Source of the DNA: Pseudomonas sp. CCC3.1
GTDB lineage: Bacteria > Pseudomonadota > Gammaproteobacteria > Pseudomonadales > Pseudomonadaceae
DNA length: 24,000 nt
Direction: 5' to 3'
NCBI RefSeq assembly: GCF_034347405.1
Contig: NZ_CP133778.1
Coordinates: 4,362,275 to 4,386,274 of the forward strand
A model generated the notes under the pieces. The model did not search any database. It was not told the DNA's origin and saw nothing but the letters and a program-made list of their open reading frames with translations. Shown here in pieces: positions 1-7,068 of the stretch. Both the position numbers and the translations under genes were made by a program. How positions within the stretch are numbered: the stretch's first letter is position 1; every line of letters begins with the position of its first letter.

Positions 1-486
1 CAACTGTTCCTCGGCGCAGTTGAAGCCGGCATCGCCCGAAACGCCCTCAATGATGCAAAAGATTTTGCCCAAAATCATGCACGACCAATCGTGCACAGCA
101 GCGCAAAACGCTCAGTCGATGACCCCTACGTGGAACTGAGTGTTGGCGACATCAGTGCGCGAGCCTACGCAGCTGAAGCCGTGGTCTTACGTGCAGCCCA
201 GGCGATAGACCGTGCCTGGCGCAACGACCTGGACGTCGACTCGATCGAACAGGCCGCCATCGAGGTCGCGCAGGCTCAATACATCGCCGCCGAATCGGCG
301 CTCAAGGCGGCCGAATTAGTCTTCGACGTAGGGGGCGCTTCTGCTACCGGCCGCAGCTACAACCTGGACCGGCACTGGCGCAACGCGCGAACAGTGGCCA
401 ATCACAATCCACGTCACTGGAAGGCCGCAGCGGTCGGTGCCAGCCACCTCAAAGGCACCCAACTCCCAACGTCCGGACTGTTCTGA
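1..486 (+). CDS. Acyl-CoA-dehydrogenase-fold flavin oxidoreductase, SfnB/DszC-like, C-terminal part (5' end lies outside the window)
   Basis: Frame 1 is open from base 1 (QLFLGAVEAGIARNALNDAKDF...) to the TGA at 484-486. The GTG at 91 in the ORF track is an internal codon. The C-terminal 'NLDRHWRNARTVANHNP' resembles the conserved DRHWRNART tail of SfnB / type-2 acyl-CoA dehydrogenase family proteins (recognised by eye). Confidence 0.7.
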   Translation, partial: QLFLGAVEAGIARNALNDAKDFAQNHARPIVHSSAKRSVDDPYVELSVGDISARAYAAEAVVLRAAQAIDRAWRNDLDVDSIEQAAIEVAQAQYIAAESALKAAELVFDVGGASATGRSYNLDRHWRNARTVANHNPRHWKAAAVGASHLKGTQLPTSGLF

Positions 487-824
487 TCCAGCGCTAACGC
501 AGCATGTATTAATAGCCATGCAAATGACGCGTCTGTCGCCAAACAGACGCGTACTGCGTCAGTGCATCGTTAAACCACCCAGCGATTTATCGACAGACGC
601 CCTGCCCGCGCAGTCTAAGAAGTTTCGTCCGATTGAAAGCGACTGGGCCTGCCAAAGCACTTTAAACGTCCCACTTTCGGGCAAAAAAAATCATTCAATA
701 GTGGCCAAATAAAAGCAGAACTCCTGAGTGTGGCTATAGTCAATTGGCTTAAGGCCCTAATGTTTAGGGCATATAACCGAGCCCGCAGACACCGGGCCTA
801 ACTGTGCACAAGGAGCTTTCCCCT

Positions 825-1103
825 ATGAAACGTACCGCACTTGCTGGTCTTTTTGTTTGCGCTGCAATGTTGGCCTCCCCGGTGTTTGCGGCAGAAGATC
901 TGTGCCAGATCAACCTTCAGAAAATCAACGATGCCGTCGCGACGCTTAATGCGACCAGTGAGAACACCAAAGACGATATCAACGCCTTGGTCGAAAAGGC
1001 CAAAGGTGAACAAGCTGCTGGCAAAACCGAAGATTGCATTGCGACATCAACCCTGGCACTGCAAAAACTGCAAAACCTCACCAAAGGCGGCGACGATAAG
1101 TAA
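825..1103 (+). CDS. Small secreted/periplasmic hypothetical protein (92 aa)
   Basis: AAGGAG at 811-816 sits 8 nt before the ATG at 825. The N-terminus MKRTALAGLFVCAAMLASPVFA/AE is a classic Sec signal peptide with an AxA-like cleavage site. The mature part is helical and K/E/A-rich with 2 Cys. Confidence 0.6.
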   Translation: MKRTALAGLFVCAAMLASPVFAAEDLCQINLQKINDAVATLNATSENTKDDINALVEKAKGEQAAGKTEDCIATSTLALQKLQNLTKGGDDK

Positions 1104-1113
1104 GCCCTTGAGG

Positions 1114-1143
1114 TTGGCCTTCTGCGCCGAATTGGCGTAGACT
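1114..1143 (+). promoter_or_regulatory. Possible sigma70-type promoter of ssrA
   Basis: TTGGCC (1114-1119), an 18-nt spacer, then TAGACT (1138-1143), about 35 nt upstream of the mature tmRNA 5' end. This is compatible with a short RNase P-processed leader. It is a by-eye match only. Confidence 0.3.
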
Positions 1144-1176
1144 CCGCAAGCTTGCTGGTTACACACAGCAAGCATC

Positions 1177-1568
1177 GGGGCCGTTTAGGATTCGACGCCG
1201 GTTGCGAAACTCTAGGTGCATGCCGAGTTGGTAACAGAACTCGTAAATCCACTGTTGCAACTACTTATAGTTGCCAATGACGAAACCTACGAGGGTCAAG
1301 CTCTCGCAGCGTAAGCTGCCTTAGCCATCCTCCTGGTGCCTTCGGGCCCAGCAATCACTAGGGGATGCCTGTAAACCTGAAGTGATTGTCATATAGAACA
1401 GGATCGCCGTGCAGTACGTTGTGGACGAAGCGGCTAAAACTTACACAACTCGCCCAAAGCACCCTGCCCTTCGGGTCGCTGAGGGTTAACTTAATAGATA
1501 CGGCTAAGCATGTAGTACCGACAGCGGAGTACTGGCGGACGGGGGTTCAAATCCCCCCGGCTCCACCA
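1177..1568 (+). ncRNA. ssrA: tmRNA (transfer-messenger RNA, SsrA)
   Basis: The 5' end is GGGGCCGTTTAGGATTCGACGCCGG. The internal tag frame GCC AAT GAC GAA ACC TAC GAG GGT CAA GCT CTC GCA GCG TAA (1273-1314) encodes ANDETYEGQALAA, with the canonical AND...ALAA ends. The tRNA-like 3' end is GGGGGTTCAAATCCCCCCGGCTCCACCA (1541-1568). The 75-aa ORF at 1386-1613 is an artefact of this RNA gene. Confidence 0.95.
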
Positions 1569-1579
1569 CTTCATCATCT

Positions 1580-1605
1580 AAAGACGTCCACGGACGTCTT
1601 TTTTT
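1580..1605 (+). terminator. Rho-independent terminator of ssrA
   Basis: aaaGACGTCcacgGACGTCttttttt: a GC-rich stem (1583-1588 / 1593-1598) extended by A:T pairs and followed by a run of 7 T. Confidence 0.8.
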
Positions 1606-1680
1606 GTGCCTGAAATCCAGTAAATACAGGGGTTTAGCGGCTATAGAGATCTCTAGAGCTTTTTGGAGTTCTAGCAATTT

Positions 1681-1732
1681 TGGTATTCCAAATGGTATTC
1701 CAAGCCATCTGGTGCTATTTTTTGGAATACCA
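1681..1732. repeat. Three copies of the 11-mer TGGTATTCCAA (two direct, one inverted) just upstream of int
   Basis: TGGTATTCCAA occurs at 1681-1691 and 1693-1703. Its exact reverse complement TTGGAATACCA occurs at 1722-1732. The palindrome AGAGATCTCT lies at 1645-1654. The position between attL and the int start codon suggests arm-type Int/Xis sites or an int operator. Confidence 0.45.
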
Positions 1733-1755
1733 AAATGGTGTCAGAGGTAGCTCTC

Positions 1756-3012
1756 ATGCCTGCTCTAGCCCTTCGCCTCTCCGACCGCCAGCTCAAGGCA
1801 GTCAAGGCAAAAGACAAGGATTACGTCCTCAGCGATGGTGATGGCCTTCAGCTCCGAGTCAGGAGCAATGGCTCGATGCTGTGGAACTTCAACTACCGCG
1901 AGCCGGTAACCAAAAACCGTATCAATATGGGGCTGGGCACGTACCCAGAACTCTCACTAGCGAACGCCAGGAAAAAAGTGGTGGAAGCGCGCGAGCTGCT
2001 TGCACAAGGTATTGATCCCAAGGTGCAACGCAATGCACAGGACGAAGCCAAACGAGCGGAGACGGAACATACGTTCGAGAACGTGGCCACCGCCTGGTTC
2101 GAGCTAAAGAAGGACTCCGTCACGCCGGCGTACGCCGAAGACATTTGGCGATCGCTCACGCTGCACGTATTTCCAGACCTGAAAACAACGCCGCTCTCAA
2201 AAATTACCGCACCGATGGTCATCGAACTGCTTCGCCCGATTGAGGCCAAAGGCAGTCTCGAGACAGTGAAGCGACTGAGCCAACGGCTCAACGAAATCAT
2301 GACCTATGGGGTCAATTCAGGACTGATCTTTGCGAACCCCCTCAGTGGCATTCGGGCGGTGTTCAAAAAACCCAGGAAAGAGAACATGGCCGCGCTACGA
2401 CCTGACGAGCTTCCGGAGCTCATGATGGAAATCGCGAATGCCAGCATCAAGCGAGTCACGCGCTGTCTGATCGAATGGCAGTTGCACACGATGACCCGCC
2501 CTGTCGAGGCAGCCACCACTCGGTGGGCAGACATCGATTTCGACAAACGCATTTGGACCATCCCACCAGAGCGCATGAAAAAGCGTCGCCCGCATACCAT
2601 TCCGCTGACTGAACAGGCACTCGCGTTACTGGAGACACTCAAGACCCATAGCGGCCACAGAGAATACGTGTTCCCGGCAGATAGAAACCCGCGTACCCAC
2701 GCCAACAGCCAGACCGCCAACATGGCGTTGAAACGCATGGGCTTTCAGGACCGCTTGGTCAGCCACGGCATGCGCTCCATGGCCAGCACCATCCTCAACG
2801 AGCATGGGTGGGATCCGGAGCTCATCGAAGTCGCACTGGCGCATGTCGACAAGGATGAAGTCCGTAGTGCCTACAACCGGGCGGACTACATCGAACGCCG
2901 GCGTCCGATGATGGCCTGGTGGAGTGAGTATATCCAGAAGGCGGCCACCGGCAGCCTGTCGGCATCTGCGATCAATCAAACCAGGGACCACAACGTCGTG
3001 CCGATACGGTGA
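1756..3012 (+). CDS. int: Tyrosine integrase, P4-like (DUF4102 N-terminal arm-binding domain plus phage-integrase catalytic domain)
   Basis: GAGGT at 1744-1748 sits 7 nt before the ATG at 1756 (the ATG at 1735 is also possible). The N-terminus 'LSDRQLKAVKAKDKDYVLSDGDGLQLRVRSNGSMLWNFNYR' is the DUF4102 signature. The catalytic region has 'LHTMTRPVEAATTRWADID', 'VSHGMRSMASTIL' (HxxR) and 'RSAYNRADYIERR' (Tyr). It lies adjacent to ssrA. Confidence 0.9.
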   Translation: MPALALRLSDRQLKAVKAKDKDYVLSDGDGLQLRVRSNGSMLWNFNYREPVTKNRINMGLGTYPELSLANARKKVVEARELLAQGIDPKVQRNAQDEAKRAETEHTFENVATAWFELKKDSVTPAYAEDIWRSLTLHVFPDLKTTPLSKITAPMVIELLRPIEAKGSLETVKRLSQRLNEIMTYGVNSGLIFANPLSGIRAVFKKPRKENMAALRPDELPELMMEIANASIKRVTRCLIEWQLHTMTRPVEAATTRWADIDFDKRIWTIPPERMKKRRPHTIPLTEQALALLETLKTHSGHREYVFPADRNPRTHANSQTANMALKRMGFQDRLVSHGMRSMASTILNEHGWDPELIEVALAHVDKDEVRSAYNRADYIERRRPMMAWWSEYIQKAATGSLSASAINQTRDHNVVPIR

Positions 3013-3073
3013 GCGCTCACCGGACGCTGCCGGTAACCGAGAATGACTCCCCAGATGGAGTGATGGTTGATTT

Positions 3074-3150
3074 GGCGACAGTGGCGACACCGGCGACAAC
3101 CCGTGTAATACCTGGCCTGCAGCATGGCGACAAAAGTGGCGACTGTCGCC
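3074..3150. repeat. Cluster of GGCGACA repeats (left iteron-like cluster)
   Basis: GGCGACA occurs at 3074, 3083 and 3092 (9-bp period, followed by ACCCGTGT) and at 3126. The palindrome GGCGAC-T-GTCGCC lies at 3138-3150. Bases 3074-3106 match the reverse complement of 5545-5577 at about 29 of 33 positions. Confidence 0.6.
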
Positions 3151-3186
3151 GTTGCAATCCTCGCTCTTGGAGCTTTTTCGGCCAAG

Positions 3187-3227
3187 CCCATGCAGGCGGG
3201 AAGGCTCCGCATTCCCACCTGCATGGG
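3187..3227. repeat. Extended imperfect hairpin
   Basis: CCCATGCAGG (3187-3196) pairs perfectly with CCTGCATGGG (3218-3227). An inner GGGAA/TTCCC stem lies in the loop. The hairpin is in ORF-poor DNA. Confidence 0.4.
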
Positions 3228-3588
3228 CTCACATTAAAAACCGACGAACGACCACCCGGCCATGGGAAACCACCGGTCTCCAAGGTCTTCCAGCATTACC
3301 GATTGGCGCAACAGTGCCCCCAAAATGCTGTTGACCGCGAGCAGAACGAGCGTTACACCAGAGCCTTACAAGCGCTGTCCTCGACAGCACCCAGGTAGCC
3401 AGAACCTTTGAGTCTACGCCACACCGTGGTGGTTCACCCCCAAGTGCGATTAGCGTCCGGCAGCTCGTACGGTCACTACCCATGTGATGGATGCCTACTT
3501 CTAGCAGAGTGCCTACTGCGGCAACTCATCCCCCTACCCAGCTGTCCTGCAGCAACTTATCCGCTTGGCCATTTCTTGCGCCAACCTT

Positions 3589-3622
3589 GCGCCCGTCTCT
3601 TTCTCTCGAAAGAGACGGGCGC
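3589..3622. repeat. Perfect 15-bp-stem hairpin (GCGCCCGTCTCTTTC-tctc-GAAAGAGACGGGCGC)
   Basis: The left arm at 3589-3603 and right arm at 3608-3622 are exact reverse complements around a 4-nt loop. Neither strand has a flanking T-run, so it is not a canonical intrinsic terminator. Confidence 0.55.
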
Positions 3623-4043
3623 ATCTCACACTGCTGCAGCCCGGCTCGCATGGGGCTTTGCGGCTTTCCACCTCGTGACAATCGGCGTGACAAACACCGA
3701 ATGCTCACTCGCCACAGCGATGCCGATGATGGTGCCGCAGCCCAAGGAATGGACTGCACCTGACTGACAGTCAGGCATGCCCCGGTCATCGCATCACTGC
3801 CTTCACCCGACTCTGGATCTCGCGGCATTGGTCTCGTCAGCCAGCGCAGCCTCCACCCGCCCACGTCTTCGGAAGTGTTCAGGAGGCCAGATCATGAGAT
3901 GCCCAAGCTCCCGGTCGTAAAGAGCCGCCAGTCCCGCGTCAGTGGACAACCCTCACAGGTCGCAGGGGCCTTGATCCCTGATAACACTCAACAACCGTGG
4001 CGGGATGAGTGAGGACGAAGTCGATAATCTCAGGAGAATAGCG

Positions 4044-5444
4044 ATGCAACTGTGCGAAGCGTTCGAGCCACCACAACCATTGCTGGAATACCAGCAGGCG
4101 CCACTGCCCTACCCGGTCGAAGCACTCGGGGACCTGTTGGGCCCTGCGGTCGAACGACTGGCCGAGGTGATCGGCGTGCCCAGCGCCATGGCTGCACAAT
4201 CGGTGCTGGCCAGCGCTGCCCTGGTGAGCCAGGGCCATGCCAATGCCCAACTCGATGGCCGAACCTATCCGCTGTCCCTCTACCTACTGACGGTGGCGTC
4301 CTCGGGTGATCGCAAAAGCGCAGTGGATCACCTGGCACTGAAGGCGGCGCGCGACTGGGAACGACAGCAGTGGACCCTGTATGCGGAAAAGCTCAAAGCC
4401 TATCGCGCCGCTACCAGCATCATGGCCAAGCCCAAAACCTCAACGGATCGCGCTGAGTCGAAAGACGGTGAGCTGTCCGAGCCGGTACCGCCGAGACTGA
4501 TCATTGCCGAGCCCACTATCGAGGCCCTGGTCAAAAGCCTGTGCCATGGCTTACCCAGCATGGGTTTGTTCAATGATGAAGGTGGCCAATTCTTGGGCAG
4601 CAGCACCATGAGCAAAGAGAATCTGCTCAAGGCAATCACCACCTTGTCGATGCTGTGGGATGGCAGCCCGATCGACAGGGCCCGCTCCATGGCCGGAGAA
4701 AGCCTGCGGGCCTATGATCGCCGCCTCAGCCTGCATCTGATGCTGCAGCCCTACCTGGCCAACCAGATTTTCAAAGATCCGGTGATCAATGGCCAAGGCA
4801 TCCTCGGCCGTTGCCTGATCAGTTGGCCCGAGCGCCTGGCCGGCCAGCGGCTCTACAAGGCAATCGACCTGACCCGAGATCCCAAAGTCCAGCGCTACCA
4901 ACAGCGGATCACCGCCCTGCTGCAACAGCCCTGGTCGCTTCACCAGGATGGCTCACTCAATCCCGCCACGCTGGAGCTGACTCCCCGTGCCCGTCGTGCC
5001 TGGATTGATATTCACGACACCATCGAGTGCCAGTCTGGCGAGTTCGGCGAGCTTGCCGGCGTCCAGCCTGTCGCGAGCAAGGCCGCGGCGAATGTACTGC
5101 GTATCGCGGGCGTGTTGGCCATGGTTGAAGAGGCCAGTATGTTGGAGGAAGCACACATCCAGCGTGCCTCCACGCTGATGGATTACTACCTGGCCGAGAT
5201 TCAGCGCCTGACCGAACAGGAGCCGGTCAATAGCCGACGCGAGGAATCGGATCGGCTGCTGCGCTGGCTGGTGCAGAAAGGCTGGACCCACTTCACCGTC
5301 CGCGACGTCAATCGTAACGGTCCTCGTTTTGCCCGAAAAAGTGCTGACCATACCGCCTCTTTATTCGTCGAGTTGATCACTCATCGCTGGCTGAGCAGCC
5401 GCGATGGAAGAACCTTCGAGGTCCGTCATGTTCCGCCTCAATGA
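4044..5444 (+). CDS. DUF3987 / YfjI-like protein (mobile-element replication-associated, function unproven)
   Basis: AGGAG at 4032-4036 sits 7 nt before the ATG at 4044 (the ATG at 4005 is possible). The N-terminus 'PLPYPVEALGDLLGPAVERLAEVIGVPSAMAAQSVLASAALVSQ' is the typical DUF3987 opening. It is followed by the degenerate P-loop-like 'VASSGDRKSAV' and 'LFNDEGGQFLG'. The context is a P4-int/ssrA island, as for E. coli CP4-57 yfjI. Confidence 0.75.
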   Translation: MQLCEAFEPPQPLLEYQQAPLPYPVEALGDLLGPAVERLAEVIGVPSAMAAQSVLASAALVSQGHANAQLDGRTYPLSLYLLTVASSGDRKSAVDHLALKAARDWERQQWTLYAEKLKAYRAATSIMAKPKTSTDRAESKDGELSEPVPPRLIIAEPTIEALVKSLCHGLPSMGLFNDEGGQFLGSSTMSKENLLKAITTLSMLWDGSPIDRARSMAGESLRAYDRRLSLHLMLQPYLANQIFKDPVINGQGILGRCLISWPERLAGQRLYKAIDLTRDPKVQRYQQRITALLQQPWSLHQDGSLNPATLELTPRARRAWIDIHDTIECQSGEFGELAGVQPVASKAAANVLRIAGVLAMVEEASMLEEAHIQRASTLMDYYLAEIQRLTEQEPVNSRREESDRLLRWLVQKGWTHFTVRDVNRNGPRFARKSADHTASLFVELITHRWLSSRDGRTFEVRHVPPQ

Positions 5445-5787
5445 CGCGGTGCGCCGCTACCAAGCGCAACATCAACCGCCGCCAGAATCACGACGTGTCG
5501 CCGCTTCTGTCGCCACCCTGTCGCCACGCCCCAGGCCAGAAACGACGCGGGTTGTCGCCACTGTCGCCGCTGTCGCCACACCACCACTTGATCCTGCCTA
5601 CCTCGTCCTGCTGATGGAACAACTGCGTGAGGAAGGGGCACTGCTGCTGCACTACAAAAATGCCCTCTTGATCCGCCCGACACACTGGCAGCAGCTGGAC
5701 CGGCTCAGCCTCCACTGGAAAGCCCTGCTGCTCTTTCTGCAAACAAACGAAAACGGTGATGACGATGGCACTGGTCGGTCGGCGTGA
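5428..5787 (+). CDS. Hypothetical protein (119 aa) whose N-terminal half is encoded by the TGTCGCC repeat cluster
   Basis: GAGG sits 6 nt before the ATG at 5428. The ORF overlaps the DUF3987 stop by 17 nt and the next gene's start by about 23 nt. The C-terminal half (LDPAYLVLLMEQLREEGALLLHYKNALLIRPTHWQQLDRLSLHWKALLLFL) looks like a real helical protein. The N-terminal half (VAASVATLSP..VVATVAAVATP) is repeat-derived. Confidence 0.45.
   Translation: MFRLNDAVRRYQAQHQPPPESRRVAASVATLSPRPRPETTRVVATVAAVATPPLDPAYLVLLMEQLREEGALLLHYKNALLIRPTHWQQLDRLSLHWKALLLFLQTNENGDDDGTGRSA
5496..5577. repeat. Cluster of six TGTCGCC repeats (right iteron-like cluster, inverted relative to 3074-3150)
   Basis: TGTCGCC occurs at 5496, 5508, 5519, 5553, 5562 and 5571. 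The last three have a 9-bp period and are preceded by ACGCGGGT. This mirrors 3074-3106. Confidence 0.6.
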
Positions 5788-6745
5788 GGGTCGCAACTTT
5801 GGCTATGGCCGCCAGCTGAGCTACGCCGGCCCACAAGCGCTAAAGGATCTGTTTGCCGGTGGCCACTTCGCCACGGTCAAAGCGCATAGCGATCGCTGGC
5901 AAGCGTTCGTGCGTTGGTATCGGTCAGAGAATGGCCCCGGTTACAACGATGCGCGTCAGATCAATCGACGTACACTACAAGACTACGCCGCTTACCTGCG
6001 CCAGCAGATCCAGCAAGGTGAACTCTGCATCGCCACCGCGCAGAACCGCCTGAGCAGCGTCAACCGCACCCTCGCGGCGCTGCGCGGTGATCAGGATGTG
6101 AGGATCGCCAGCCCGAGCCAGGCGTTGGGACAGAAGCGCTCGACCGCACGCACCCGCGCCCCGGATGGCCAAGACCGCCAACAGGTGCGGCGAGTGTTTG
6201 AGGTGCTTGGCGAACGGCAACACGAGCGGGTGGCGGCGATTGTCCTGTTGGCCCGAGCAACCGGCATGCGCCTACGCGAAGCAATCCTGGCTGACCTGCC
6301 ACGCTTGCACCGCGAAGCCGAACACTTAGGCCGCATCAACATCCAGGACGGCACCAAAGGCGGCCGCTCAGGCGCTTCAGCGCCGCGATGGGTCGTGGCC
6401 AATGAAGAGGTTAAGGCGGCACTGCTGTTGGCTCGTAAGGCGTCGCCGACCGGCAGCCGTAACTTGCTGGCCCGAGACGAAAGCTACGCCGCATTCCTGC
6501 ATCAGACCGTGCTCCCCGCCCGCGAAACGCTGCATGAACACGGGCTGAAGGGTTTCCATGAACTGCGAGCGGCCTACGCCTGCGAGCGTTACGAGCAGCT
6601 CACGGGCCACGCCGCACCGGTCAATGGTGGCCACTGCTATCGCATTGACCGCGACCTGGATCAACAGGTGCGCCAACAGATCAGCCTTGAACTCGGTCAT
6701 AACCGGATCGATGTGGTTTCGGCCTACATTGGAGGGAGAGCGTGA
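5765..6745 (+). CDS. Tyrosine-recombinase-like ('integrase domain-containing') protein, second recombinase of the island
   Basis: Catalytic-domain signatures are 'LLARATGMRLREAILADL' (Arg I), 'IQDGTKGGRSG' (beta-hairpin Lys), 'GFHELRAAYACERY' (HxxR) and 'IDVVSAYIGGR' (Tyr). The start is ambiguous among the ATGs at 5756, 5759 and 5765. Confidence 0.7.
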   Translation: MALVGRREGRNFGYGRQLSYAGPQALKDLFAGGHFATVKAHSDRWQAFVRWYRSENGPGYNDARQINRRTLQDYAAYLRQQIQQGELCIATAQNRLSSVNRTLAALRGDQDVRIASPSQALGQKRSTARTRAPDGQDRQQVRRVFEVLGERQHERVAAIVLLARATGMRLREAILADLPRLHREAEHLGRINIQDGTKGGRSGASAPRWVVANEEVKAALLLARKASPTGSRNLLARDESYAAFLHQTVLPARETLHEHGLKGFHELRAAYACERYEQLTGHAAPVNGGHCYRIDRDLDQQVRQQISLELGHNRIDVVSAYIGGRA

Positions 6746-7068
6746 CCAAGCCCTTCGATATGGCGCTGTTCCTGAGCGGCGTCCTGACTGGCTCGACGAC
6801 CACGCAGCAACGCCACCTGCGCCAAGCCCGAATCATGCAAGCGGCCATTCAACAACGATGGCAGCGAGACAATCCCTGGACCTGGCAGATCAAGCACGTG
6901 CGCTGGTTTCTCACTCAGTACCTGAAAGACCATTCCGATGCTACCCGGTATTACTATCGGCTCACCGCCCTATTGGTCTGGAAGCGATTAGGGAACGGCC
7001 AGAAAATTTCTGATCTGGCACCTCAAGATTACAGCTCCCTTCAGAGCAGACCAAGAGACCATAGGTAG
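6742..7068 (+). CDS. Hypothetical protein (108 aa), translationally coupled to the recombinase-like gene
   Basis: There is a GTGA start/stop overlap at 6742-6745, preceded by GGAGGGAG (6730-6737). No recognisable motif was found. The 3' end overlaps the convergent qatC by 28 bp. Confidence 0.5.
   Translation: MTKPFDMALFLSGVLTGSTTTQQRHLRQARIMQAAIQQRWQRDNPWTWQIKHVRWFLTQYLKDHSDATRYYYRLTALLVWKRLGNGQKISDLAPQDYSSLQSRPRDHR

Noticed and set aside
527-552. 10-bp-stem hairpin (ACGCGTCTGT-cgccaa-ACAGACGCGT) about 40 nt after the sfnB-like stop, as a terminator
   Set aside because: It has no following T-run. It is plausible as a terminator or REP-like element but is too weak to list as a feature.
1386-1613. 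75-aa plus-strand ORF
   Set aside because: It lies entirely within the tmRNA gene and its terminator. It is an artefact of a structured RNA gene.
3009-3864. Several 60-129-aa ORFs on both strands (3009-3398, 3408-3767, 3526-3864 and others)
   Set aside because: They overlap each other in multiple frames. They are Arg/Pro/Cys/Trp-rich with no RBS or motif, and they read through repeats and hairpins. This is typical of spurious ORFs in high-GC non-coding DNA.
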